This document shows positions 50,502-59,593 of a stretch of 64,000 bases of DNA, in pieces. The notes below the pieces were generated by a model that ran no database searches, was not told the DNA's origin, and saw nothing but the letters and a program-made list of their open reading frames with translations. Where the stretch lies: assembly GCA_019056785.1 (NCBI GenBank), contig DXJV01000029.1:32001-96000 (forward strand). Reading direction: 5' to 3'. Every line of letters starts with the position of its first letter. Position 1 is the stretch's first letter. The stretch is from Candidatus Heimdallarchaeota archaeon (GTDB lineage Archaea; Asgardarchaeota; Heimdallarchaeia; JABLTI01). A program made the translations under genes and the position numbers.

Positions 50502-51290
50502 TCATTCGATCAGGTGACTTTCTCGCAAGTGCAAAAGTAAATTCGCTAAATCAGGCAAAACAAGATCTGCTTGTTCAGCTAGTGCTGCTGAAGAAGCGAT
50601 GGATTCTTTGGTTAACTCACGAGTGATAAACACAGAACGAATCCCCATCCGTTTTGAAAGCGAGATTTCAGTTGTGGAGTTACCAATAAATAAACAATCC
50701 TCAGCTTTTGCACCAACAAGTTGAAGCATTTTTTTGTAGTAAAGGATGTCACTTTTCACAGCGCGTGTGTTTTCAAGGCCAACGATCGTAGTAAAATAGG
50801 GGAGTAAATGACAACCTGCCAAGATACCAAAAGTATGGCGAGTATGAGCAGAAGAGGCAATATGAAGTGTAGCAGCTTGCTCTTTGAAAGCACAGATTTC
50901 AGCCAGTACCTCAGGATAGCGGCAACAAATTTGGGAGGGGACAGTATATTCCAGGAATTCTGCCAGTTGCCGATAGTCGCCTTGAAAGTGATCTTTAACC
51001 AAGCTTTGTGCCCAAACTTCATTAGCATGCTCATAATTGGCAATAATTACCTCAGGCGGGAGACCTTTTGCTTTATCCCAGAAACGAACCCATTTGCGAT
51101 TAGCCTCTTCCACAGCACGAGAAGCATCTTTTTTGGGAATTCCAAATTGCTTTTCGAGAAAGGTAATAACTTTCTGGTCATATTTTTTACTCAATTCTTT
51201 TTTCGAAACAAGAACGCCGTGAAGGTCAAAAAGAATGTGTGCTTTTGCAATAGGAATGGGCTTTTTTTCTCGAAGATCAAATTTGCTCAA
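50502..51290 (-). CDS. HAD-superfamily hydrolase with variant motifs
   Basis: FDLHGV, IASS, a conserved Lys and FIGNS. Confidence 0.8.
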   Translation of the reverse strand: MSKFDLREKKPIPIAKAHILFDLHGVLVSKKELSKKYDQKVITFLEKQFGIPKKDASRAVEEANRKWVRFWDKAKGLPPEVIIANYEHANEVWAQSLVKDHFQGDYRQLAEFLEYTVPSQICCRYPEVLAEICAFKEQAATLHIASSAHTRHTFGILAGCHLLPYFTTIVGLENTRAVKSDILYYKKMLQLVGAKAEDCLFIGNSTTEISLSKRMGIRSVFITRELTKESIASSAALAEQADLVLPDLANLLLHLRESHLIE

Positions 51291-51371
51291 TTATAGCACC
51301 ACTTTTTAGACTAATACCAGCCAATTGTTTCAATTGCTTTTTCTCCGTCATTTTAAAAGTTTTACTCGAGA

Positions 51372-52457
51372 TTACTCCTGTTGTTTATAAAACCAGCTTG
51401 GCTTTAGAAGCGTCTTTTGGGGATCGAGATACTCCAAACCTGTGAGGATGGCCTCCTTAGGGTGGACTGAGAATTTAAATCCTAATTGTAACAATCGTTC
51501 AGAATTAAAGTAAAAACTACGGCCAATATAATGCGAAGTTGTTGGTGAGAGAGCCACTTTAAGTAAGTTGATACGCGGAAAGATTTTGTGAAGCAAAACA
51601 ATGAATGGACGAAGGATTTTGAAAAACCAAAAAGTAATTGAGAATTTTGGCGGACGGCGATGGTAATATTCAGAAACTGTCTCGAGTATTTCTCGGAAGG
51701 TGATAAAACCTTGAGCAATATTGAAAATCGATTCTTGTAACATTCCACTTTGTTCTGCTAGGAAAACCTGTGCGCGAGCAATGTCAATTGGGGATGTCAA
51801 AGACATGATATATTTCCCTCTGTTGATCAATTTGGGGATGAATCGATAACTTAGAAGCTGAATAATAGTAGGTAAAAATTGTCTATCACCTGGTCCCAGA
51901 ATAGGCCCCAGTCGAGTGATGATAAATCTCTTTTCAGGATAATCTTTTTGATAACTTTTAACCATCGCTTCTGCAAGGCGTTTTGTTACTGCATAAGCAA
52001 GACCTTCGGTCGGACCAATAGGAAAGTCTTCATCAATCTGTAATTCTTTCTCTTTCTTTGACTCTGTGTCGTACACAGCTATTGAACTTGTATAAATAAA
52101 GCATTGAGCTTTTGAATTAACGAAAGCGTCAAGTATAATCCTGGTCCCAAGAACATTCGTAGGGTACATTTCCTCATATGAATGATTAACATTGATATCT
52201 GCAGCAATATGAAAGACAAATTGAATGCCATTGTTCATTGCTTCAGAAATAGTGTCACTTGCAAGAAGGTCGCCTTCAACAACATCTATCCCTAAATCAA
52301 TTAACTCTTGTGCTTTGCCGGGATTTCGAATTAAGCAGGCAATGTCTAGTGGGCTCTCAACACCAAGTTTTTTCTCTTTAAGTAAATAATTGACTAGCTG
52401 TCTTCCAACTTGACCTGTTGCACCTGTGATGAAAATTTTTGCCATTTGACTATCCAA
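51372..52457 (-). CDS. NAD-dependent epimerase/dehydratase (extended SDR)
   Basis: ITGATGQVG, HIAA, TSSIAVY, YAVTK. Confidence 0.92.
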   Translation of the reverse strand: MDSQMAKIFITGATGQVGRQLVNYLLKEKKLGVESPLDIACLIRNPGKAQELIDLGIDVVEGDLLASDTISEAMNNGIQFVFHIAADINVNHSYEEMYPTNVLGTRIILDAFVNSKAQCFIYTSSIAVYDTESKKEKELQIDEDFPIGPTEGLAYAVTKRLAEAMVKSYQKDYPEKRFIITRLGPILGPGDRQFLPTIIQLLSYRFIPKLINRGKYIMSLTSPIDIARAQVFLAEQSGMLQESIFNIAQGFITFREILETVSEYYHRRPPKFSITFWFFKILRPFIVLLHKIFPRINLLKVALSPTTSHYIGRSFYFNSERLLQLGFKFSVHPKEAILTGLEYLDPQKTLLKPSWFYKQQE

Positions 52458-52534
52458 CGTTTCAAATTCTTGACAAGAGAACGATTTTTCTTGTCATAAT
52501 ACCGATGCTTCTCTACTTACAGCTTAGTGAGTTA

Positions 52535-53581
52535 TTAATTTTTTCTCTTGACCCAAGGTAAATTATGAATTGTTTCAATAACAAAATCAATGTCCTCTTT
52601 TTCAATGCCAAAGTGTGTTACTAGTCTGAAAGTCGTTTCCCACCGGCTGCTGACAAGGATGTTGTGTTTTGCCAATGCAGCTTTAAACTCTTTACCGCTA
52701 ATGCCCAAGCCACTGATATCGATGAAAAGAATATTTGTATAACAATCATGCGTCGTTATTCCTGGGATATCCTCTAAACCCTTTTTGAGTCTTTGGGCAT
52801 TCTTATGGTCCTCTGCAAGACGATCGATCATTTTTTCAAGAGCGATTAATCCCGGAGCGGCAATGATACCAGCTTGACGCATGCCCCCTCCCAGCATTTT
52901 ACGAACCCGTAAAGCCTCCTCAATGAACTCTTGACTACCTGCAATAATTGAACCAATAGGGCAAGCTAGACCTTTGCTTAAACAAAACATAACTGAATCA
53001 GCATCTTTCGTCAGCTCTTGTGCAGAAACTCCCAAACTAATGGCAGCATTGAAAATGCGTGCCCCATCGATGTGCACTTTTAGATCGTGTTTCCGGGCGG
53101 CTGATATTAGTTGCCGAGTCTCTGAGACAGTCCAGGGAATCCCTCCGGCCATATTGTGAGTGTTTTCAATGGCAACTAAAGAGCTGATGGGATAATGCAC
53201 ATCTTTTCCTCTTACTGCTTCTTGTAAAATCTCAGGCGTAATTAAATAGCCATTTTTTCCTACGACAGTTCGTGCTTGAAGAGAACCAATAACCGCAGAG
53301 GCGGCAACCTCATGTAAGAAGATATGGGAGGTTTGTTCCAGAATAATCTCATCGCCCCGATTTGTTTGGCTGACAACACCACAAATATTGCCCATCGTTC
53401 CTGAACAAACAAGCAGAGCTGCTTCCTTTCCCACTTTCTTTGCAGCTTTTTCTTGTAATTCATTAACCGTCGGGTCCTCTTTGTAAACATCATCACCCAA
53501 TTTAGCCGTTCGAATTGCTTCCAGCATCTCTTCAGAGGGAAGCGTAACAGTATCGCTTCGCAAATCTATTTTCTTCATCAA
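52535..53581 (-). CDS. ltaE: Low-specificity L-threonine aldolase
   Basis: DLRSDTVT, SGTMGN, ENTHN, HIDGARIFNA, CLSKGL, GGGMRQAG. Confidence 0.95.
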   Translation of the reverse strand: MMKKIDLRSDTVTLPSEEMLEAIRTAKLGDDVYKEDPTVNELQEKAAKKVGKEAALLVCSGTMGNICGVVSQTNRGDEIILEQTSHIFLHEVAASAVIGSLQARTVVGKNGYLITPEILQEAVRGKDVHYPISSLVAIENTHNMAGGIPWTVSETRQLISAARKHDLKVHIDGARIFNAAISLGVSAQELTKDADSVMFCLSKGLACPIGSIIAGSQEFIEEALRVRKMLGGGMRQAGIIAAPGLIALEKMIDRLAEDHKNAQRLKKGLEDIPGITTHDCYTNILFIDISGLGISGKEFKAALAKHNILVSSRWETTFRLVTHFGIEKEDIDFVIETIHNLPWVKRKN

Positions 53582-53734
53582 TTATGCCAGCACAAATTGT
53601 TTTAGAAAATGCTCTTCCTCTCAAAATTTAAAGGTTTTAATATGAATGTTTTTTTAGAGTAAAATGGGAGAAAAGACTTTAAAAAGAATGAAATTAATAT
53701 CATACAAAAATAAAAAGTTTGAGGGCACTTTATA

Positions 53735-54397
53735 ATGCATAAACTCGATAAGACAGATTTAAGGATTTTATCTACACTTCTCGAAGATTCAAGGACAAGT
53801 TATGCAGCTCTTGCACGAGAAACCAACTTGACTATTCCCTCAATTAAAACTAGAATCCAGAAATACATTGATTCCGGCTTAATTGAGAAATTCACCATCA
53901 TCCTAGACACACAAATGATTATGCGAGGAACCTCGATGACATTTTTAATGAAGGTTAAACCGAGCGACTTGGATCAAATTGCAAAAGACATTTACGATAG
54001 CCCGTTTATAGCCAATATGACTATTACTTCAGGTCATTATAATTTACTAATTGTCACTCATCCAATGAGCGATAAAGATAAGCTTGAATTTATTAAGAAA
54101 ATTAACTCCATCCCGGGAGATTCAGTAATGGAACTTGCTTCCTCAATTAACTTGGAAACATTTATGTGCAAACCCATTGAATTGCCAAATACGCCAATCA
54201 ATCTTTTAATCCGTTGTGATTATTGCCATCGAGAATTCTCCGGCGAGATTTTTTCGAAAGCAATTTTAGGAAGAAAGAGGTATTTCTGCAGTCCTTTATG
54301 CCAAGAAAAATACGAGGATCGGGCAGAAAAGTATATCAAAGGCGAATTATTCACTCACCCAGACAAGGAAGCAAAAAAAGCCGAAACGAAGGATTAG
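53735..54397 (+). CDS. Lrp/AsnC-family regulator with a C-terminal TRASH domain
   Basis: LDKTDLRIL..L.EDSR HTH; C-terminal CDYC...YFCSPLC. Confidence 0.88.
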   Translation: MHKLDKTDLRILSTLLEDSRTSYAALARETNLTIPSIKTRIQKYIDSGLIEKFTIILDTQMIMRGTSMTFLMKVKPSDLDQIAKDIYDSPFIANMTITSGHYNLLIVTHPMSDKDKLEFIKKINSIPGDSVMELASSINLETFMCKPIELPNTPINLLIRCDYCHREFSGEIFSKAILGRKRYFCSPLCQEKYEDRAEKYIKGELFTHPDKEAKKAETKD

Positions 54398-54459
54398 CAT
54401 CTCAAACCTTTAGTTAAAAAGCGAAAAGCTTGTTCGGTTAACAAACAGGAGAAATAGTA

Positions 54460-55164
54460 TTGGTCAATGATAGAGAAATTTTAGCAGTTCTGTTTGATTT
54501 GGATGATACATTATTCAATAGCAGCATGATGAGTTTGCGAGCACGAAGAAATAGCATTCGAGCAATGATTGAAGCGGGATTAGAAATCGAGGAAGAAGAA
54601 GGGCTTCAGAAACTTTTGGCAATCGTGGAAAAATACGGGTCAAATTATGGGCAACATTTTAATCGGCTCCTTGATAAGCTAGGAGTAAAGGAACAGCCAA
54701 AACTTATTGCGGCAGCTATTGTTGCGTACCATTCTACCAAACAAGCCTTACTACGACCATACCCTGGAGTAATTACCACATTATTAACATTAATGAAAAA
54801 AGTAAAGATCGGCATTGTTTCCGATGGAGTGAAAATAAAACAATGGGAAAAACTAACTTATTTGGGCTTACAACACTTTTTTGATGTCGTTATAGTAAAC
54901 GAGAAAAAAAACGAGTGGAAACCCGCAAAGGATGGATATGAGAAGGCATTGAAACAATTGAGGATAACAGAGCCAGAACGGGTCATCTATGTTGGAAATA
55001 AAATTGAAACAGATATTCTGGGAGCAAATAACCTGGGTATAATAAGTGTGCTATTTGATCCCCAGAAAAAATACTCTACAACAAAGGAAAAAGACAATCG
55101 AAAACCCGACTTCGTAGTACACCACTTTAAAGCCATCCTCAAGTTGTTAGAAATTAAAGGATGA
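54460..55164 (+). CDS. HAD-superfamily hydrolase (archaeal subfamily IA)
   Basis: FDLDDTL, VSDG, KP and VGN..TDILGA. Confidence 0.9.
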   Translation: MVNDREILAVLFDLDDTLFNSSMMSLRARRNSIRAMIEAGLEIEEEEGLQKLLAIVEKYGSNYGQHFNRLLDKLGVKEQPKLIAAAIVAYHSTKQALLRPYPGVITTLLTLMKKVKIGIVSDGVKIKQWEKLTYLGLQHFFDVVIVNEKKNEWKPAKDGYEKALKQLRITEPERVIYVGNKIETDILGANNLGIISVLFDPQKKYSTTKEKDNRKPDFVVHHFKAILKLLEIKG

Positions 55165-55288
55165 AAGGAAAAAGAAGCCAAGAAAAAAGAAAGTCGTTTA
55201 GTTGAAAGGATAGGAGGAAAGAGGAGGAAAAAATTCCCCCAGATCAATTTCCAAATCAAATAGAATTTAAAAGGGAAAAAAGAAAGAA

Positions 55289-55555
55289 TTAAGCCTTACT
55301 AATGAAAGGCTTGGCTTTTTCACCATTTGAGCAAGTTGGAATATCTTTAGTGGAACCACAAGTCTTGTCGTGACAAACGAGTTTGTCACCTTCAAGCTCC
55401 ATTAGCTCTCCACAGCAAACAGGCCAATCGATAATTGTGCCATCGTCGCATTTGAACACGAGTTTCATTTCCGCTTCTTGAGCTTTGGTATGTGTTTCTT
55501 TCAATTTTACACCTTTTAAAGCATCTTCGGATATTTCAATTTCTTTGTCAGACAT
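55289..55555 (-). CDS. Small Cys-rich metal-binding protein with a WH2/beta-thymosin-like N-terminus
   Basis: From ATG 55555: MSDKEIEISEDALKGVKLKETHTK followed by C...PVCCGELM...CHDKTC...PTC (88 aa). The longer ORF-track start overlaps the upstream gene. Confidence 0.7.
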   Translation of the reverse strand: MSDKEIEISEDALKGVKLKETHTKAQEAEMKLVFKCDDGTIIDWPVCCGELMELEGDKLVCHDKTCGSTKDIPTCSNGEKAKPFISKA

Positions 55556-55679
55556 TGGTTTTAACACCATCCTCTTTTGTAGATGGATTTGCTTCCTATT
55601 TAATATTACGTTAGAGACATTCCAAATATAAATTTGATTCTCTAGCCACAGGCTAAAGCAAAAGAAAAGAAAGCAAAGC

Positions 55680-56879
55680 CTATTTGGCAAGATAGTTCCA
55701 AGCAGTTAAAGCCAGAACTGCACTGCCAACAGGCAAGGCATCTTCATCGACATCGAATTTGGGGCTGTGACCAGGATATTTAATACCTTTTTCTTCGTTT
55801 CGTGTTCCAAGCCAAAACATGGAGACGGGGATACGATAATTGTCACTGAAATCGTAGAAATCTTCAGCGCCCATTGTAGGTTCCTCTTCAATTACGAGTT
55901 GGTCCTCACCAAACAAGTCTATCACAGCATTTTTGATATGTTGATTCAAAGAAGGATCATTAAACCCCGGATTGTAGCCAAGGTCAATTTTTGTAGCAAT
56001 TGTTGCACCAAAACTTTTAGCAACACCTTCTGTGATTTGTTTTATTTGTTCCCAGGTGGCTTCGCGAACATCTTGCTTCAAGGCACGAATTGTTCCTGAG
56101 AGGTGAGCGGTTTCAGGGATAATATTATAGGCAGAACCCGCATGAAATGTTCCGACAGTTACAACTACCGGGTCAACAGGGTCCGTACTTCGAGAGGCAA
56201 CTGTTTGGAGAGCAACAACAAGATGTGAAGCAACAACAATGGGGTCCACCGTTTCGTGTGGGGCAGCAGCATGACCACCTTTTCCAGTAATATCGATATA
56301 GAATTTATCAGCACTGGCAGTAAAGCTGCCATCTTTGATAACAACTTTTCCAGTGTCATATTCATCAAAGACATGCAATGCTATAACAGCGGAAACCTCT
56401 GGGTCAGCTAAAGCTCCGGCTTCAACCATCGGTCGAGCACCACCAAGCCCCTCTTCTGCTGGTTGGAAGAAGAATTTAACATTCCCTGGTAATTGTTCCT
56501 TTAGCCGGCTGAGAATCTTTGCCACACCTAAGAGGATAGCAGTGTGCGCATCATGTCCACACATATGAGCTTTCCCATCGTGTTTTGATTTGTAAGAAAC
56601 ATCATTTTCCTCCTGGATGGGCAGCGCATCCATATCAGCACGGATTCCTATTGTTTTTCCAGTACCCCCTTTGCCTTTTAATAAAGCAATGACACCTGTT
56701 TTTGCCACACCTATTTTCACTTCGAGTCCCAGTTCTTTCAACTTCTTTGCAACATAAGCTGCCGTTTGATGTTCTTCAAAACCCAATTCTGGGTACATAT
56801 GAAAATGTCGTCTATCTGTGACCAGTTCCTCTTTTATTTCATTTGCAATTTTCCAGATTTCTTTTTTCATGTTTTTCAA
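55680..56879 (-). CDS. M20D amidohydrolase
   Basis: HMYPELGFEE, RADMDALP, HMCGHDAH, FQPAEEG, GGHAA, AEDF, HSPKF. Confidence 0.93.
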   Translation of the reverse strand: MKNMKKEIWKIANEIKEELVTDRRHFHMYPELGFEEHQTAAYVAKKLKELGLEVKIGVAKTGVIALLKGKGGTGKTIGIRADMDALPIQEENDVSYKSKHDGKAHMCGHDAHTAILLGVAKILSRLKEQLPGNVKFFFQPAEEGLGGARPMVEAGALADPEVSAVIALHVFDEYDTGKVVIKDGSFTASADKFYIDITGKGGHAAAPHETVDPIVVASHLVVALQTVASRSTDPVDPVVVTVGTFHAGSAYNIIPETAHLSGTIRALKQDVREATWEQIKQITEGVAKSFGATIATKIDLGYNPGFNDPSLNQHIKNAVIDLFGEDQLVIEEEPTMGAEDFYDFSDNYRIPVSMFWLGTRNEEKGIKYPGHSPKFDVDEDALPVGSAVLALTAWNYLAK

Positions 56880-57196
56880 CGGCCTTTTTTCTCGGGAGTA
56901 GTAATGACGTCTCTCTTTTTATATTTCTTGATACTCTTTAGAATCGCTTTTTCAGGGTTTAAATCCAACCCCCGACCTAAAGCTATGACTGCAAAAAGCA
57001 AGTCACCAAATTCCTCGAATAATTTTTCCCTGCTGGTTGTTTTGTTGGGGTGCAATCCAGCGCTAATTTGTAATTCCTTAGAAAATTCACCCAATTCCTC
57101 AATCACTGGTTCTATCAGCCATTCCTTTTGCCAATAGCCACCCAGTGAGGTTATCAAATTGTCAATTTCAAAACAAATTTCCATAAAGTCAACCAT
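56876..57196 (-). CDS. MazG-like nucleotide pyrophosphohydrolase
   Basis: GGYW, EELGE, EEFGDLLF, KYKKRD. Confidence 0.85.
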   Translation of the reverse strand: MVDFMEICFEIDNLITSLGGYWQKEWLIEPVIEELGEFSKELQISAGLHPNKTTSREKLFEEFGDLLFAVIALGRGLDLNPEKAILKSIKKYKKRDVITTPEKKGR

Positions 57197-57235
57197 TGTC
57201 CTCGCAAAAAGAGAGGAGATTATCCAAAAAAAAGG

Positions 57236-59287
57236 TTACGAAGACAAGCGGAGAAATTGGTCCCGCTGATGTTCGGATGCACTTACCAACCAAAAAGTTT
57301 CCCGTAAGAAGGAAATCGCTTCCTCAAGGAGAGCCTGTTTTTGAAGTTTCAAAGCATCCTCAGACAAAGTAGGTTGCTTTTCTTGAATTTTTTGTATTTC
57401 TATAAGGTCAGTTTGAATTGTTTGCTCAAAGGTTTCCATACCCAGATCTTTTGCCAAGTCGATTGCTTCAGTGAGCTCTTCGGAAGCCTCTTTGAAGTTA
57501 TCTTTATAGAGCAAAATTTTCGCAAGCACTTTTTTCGTGTACATCGTTAGTGGTAAAAATTCCAGATCGAGGGAGATAAATAACATGTCGTCTAAGTTTT
57601 GCATTACTTCTTCGAGAATCGTTTGGTCCTCTTGTACCAAATATTTCAATAATAAAACAGTTGTCTTTTCAATCAAAACAAGAGCCGGCGTTAAGGCAGA
57701 GGGGAAGTCCTGCACTTGCTCGTACATATTGGAAAGAAGCTTTTCTGCTTTCAGCAGCTCTTTCTTTTGTATCTGGAACCTAATCCGAGAAATTATTGCT
57801 TGGGCATTTTCTTCCTGGTTGGCATGAATAGAAGCGAAAAGATCGGCACGATTAATGTAGGATTCGGCAAGCGAAAATTTGCCCAGCGCAGTTGAAATTT
57901 CGAACAACCAGTTCAGAATATCAAAATAAATTTCATCCTTCTTGTTCAATTTGGTGCAAATATGTAATGCTTTTTCAAATTCATCAAAAGCAGTTGTTAA
58001 ATTACCGACAATGGCATTTAGCTGCCCCAGTTTGATATGGTCCATTAGGAGTTCTTCTGGAGGGGCGTGGTATTTCACTTTAAACTCCAGGGCATTTGTA
58101 CGTGTTTCCACTGCTTCTTTAAAATTTCCAGCGATGAAATTAACATAAGACAAACCATCAAAGATGGGTGTAAGAAGAATAGTGAAGCTATGATTCTGAG
58201 CGATTTCAAGGGCAGTTTGATAATTGGTCAATGCTTCTGCATACTTTCCTTTTCGCGCCAACAGCTTAGCAATATTAGTTAAGGCAATCACTTTATTGTA
58301 ATCATCAGTTAAATTTGTCGCTTGTTCGAGCAGTTCAAAGAAATATTCCTCTGCTTTGGTAAATTGTTGTTGACTTTCAGAAACAAAAGCAAGATTTTTT
58401 ATGCAATTTACAACGCCAATTTGATCCTTAAGAGCAACATAGGTTTTTCGTGCTTCTAAATAATTTTTCTCTGCATGCTCATAATCTCCCAATGCGGCTT
58501 CCCAATCTCCACGCAAGCAAATGGCTTTTGCCTTCAGTGCTTTGAAATTAAATGATTGGAAGATGACAGAAACCTCTTCAAATAACAATTCTAGCTCCTG
58601 AAAGTTCTTCTGGACGATGGAATAATGGATTAAATCCAAAAGGAATTGAGTCATAAAATAGGGTTCTTCTAATTGTTTTGTTAATTGATAGAGCGTTTTC
58701 GTTTCTTCAATGAGAGCAAGAGTAACAATCTCAGCTGCTTTGACATGCGAAAGGACAAGATAAGCAAGTAAAAAAAAATGATCAAAATCCGGAAGAGAGG
58801 CATTCTTCTCTTGAAACGAATGAATCTTCTCCACCACAGTTTTAAGGTTCTCTTTATTTTTATAACCACTTCTAAACAATATTTGAGCAAGAGCGCCCAA
58901 ACATTCGATGTAGACCATCGGGTCAGAAGTCTCTGAAATCTCTTTCTCAACTTGTTCTAAAAGCTCAATTGCATTTGAGATTTCTCCTTGTTGGGCCTCT
59001 GCCAGAGCAAACCAAACTTTCGCCCCGGCGTTTGTCTGAATTTCTTTGGCAAACTCATTCAAATAAGCATAATCTGCCAGCATATACGCGATTTTTGCTG
59101 CGAGGTAACGTAATTCATGATCGTCTTCTGGAAGGGTAGGGGATTTCGAAATGCGCAGAAATCGTTTGAAAAAAACCTTCGGATCTTTTGAGTCTAACGC
59201 AAGACGATCGAATTGAAATTCAATTGCATCTAGGGACTCTTGAGAGAGACGACTTTCATGCGTTTTAAATGCTGTTGGGAGGACCAC
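57236..59287 (-). CDS. TPR-repeat protein
   Basis: Repeats such as LGDYEHAEKNYLEA, GKYAEALTNYQTAL and GNFKEAVET. Confidence 0.88.
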   Translation of the reverse strand: MVLPTAFKTHESRLSQESLDAIEFQFDRLALDSKDPKVFFKRFLRISKSPTLPEDDHELRYLAAKIAYMLADYAYLNEFAKEIQTNAGAKVWFALAEAQQGEISNAIELLEQVEKEISETSDPMVYIECLGALAQILFRSGYKNKENLKTVVEKIHSFQEKNASLPDFDHFFLLAYLVLSHVKAAEIVTLALIEETKTLYQLTKQLEEPYFMTQFLLDLIHYSIVQKNFQELELLFEEVSVIFQSFNFKALKAKAICLRGDWEAALGDYEHAEKNYLEARKTYVALKDQIGVVNCIKNLAFVSESQQQFTKAEEYFFELLEQATNLTDDYNKVIALTNIAKLLARKGKYAEALTNYQTALEIAQNHSFTILLTPIFDGLSYVNFIAGNFKEAVETRTNALEFKVKYHAPPEELLMDHIKLGQLNAIVGNLTTAFDEFEKALHICTKLNKKDEIYFDILNWLFEISTALGKFSLAESYINRADLFASIHANQEENAQAIISRIRFQIQKKELLKAEKLLSNMYEQVQDFPSALTPALVLIEKTTVLLLKYLVQEDQTILEEVMQNLDDMLFISLDLEFLPLTMYTKKVLAKILLYKDNFKEASEELTEAIDLAKDLGMETFEQTIQTDLIEIQKIQEKQPTLSEDALKLQKQALLEEAISFLRETFWLVSASEHQRDQFLRLSS

Positions 59288-59593
59288 TTTTTTCCCTCGA
59301 GTTCTTCTTATTTAGCTAATTATTTTTCCCTGCATTCTAAAAACAAATTCCTAATATGTGGATAGTTTTTTACTCGTTTTTAATAAAAGATTATTAGTTA
59401 AATCTTTTTTAAAGGTTATTTTTAAGGGATTTTGGGGTTTTGACTGTTTTTTGGGATAGAAACAACAAAATACCCTACTTCAATAAATCTTTTGTCATTA
59501 CTAAAAAGTAATAAGTGAGTTTAACAGCTTTTTTCTCCAAGAAAAAGCTTTTTGTATTAAAATGCTTAAAATTTGACCAAATGGTGAGAGTCT

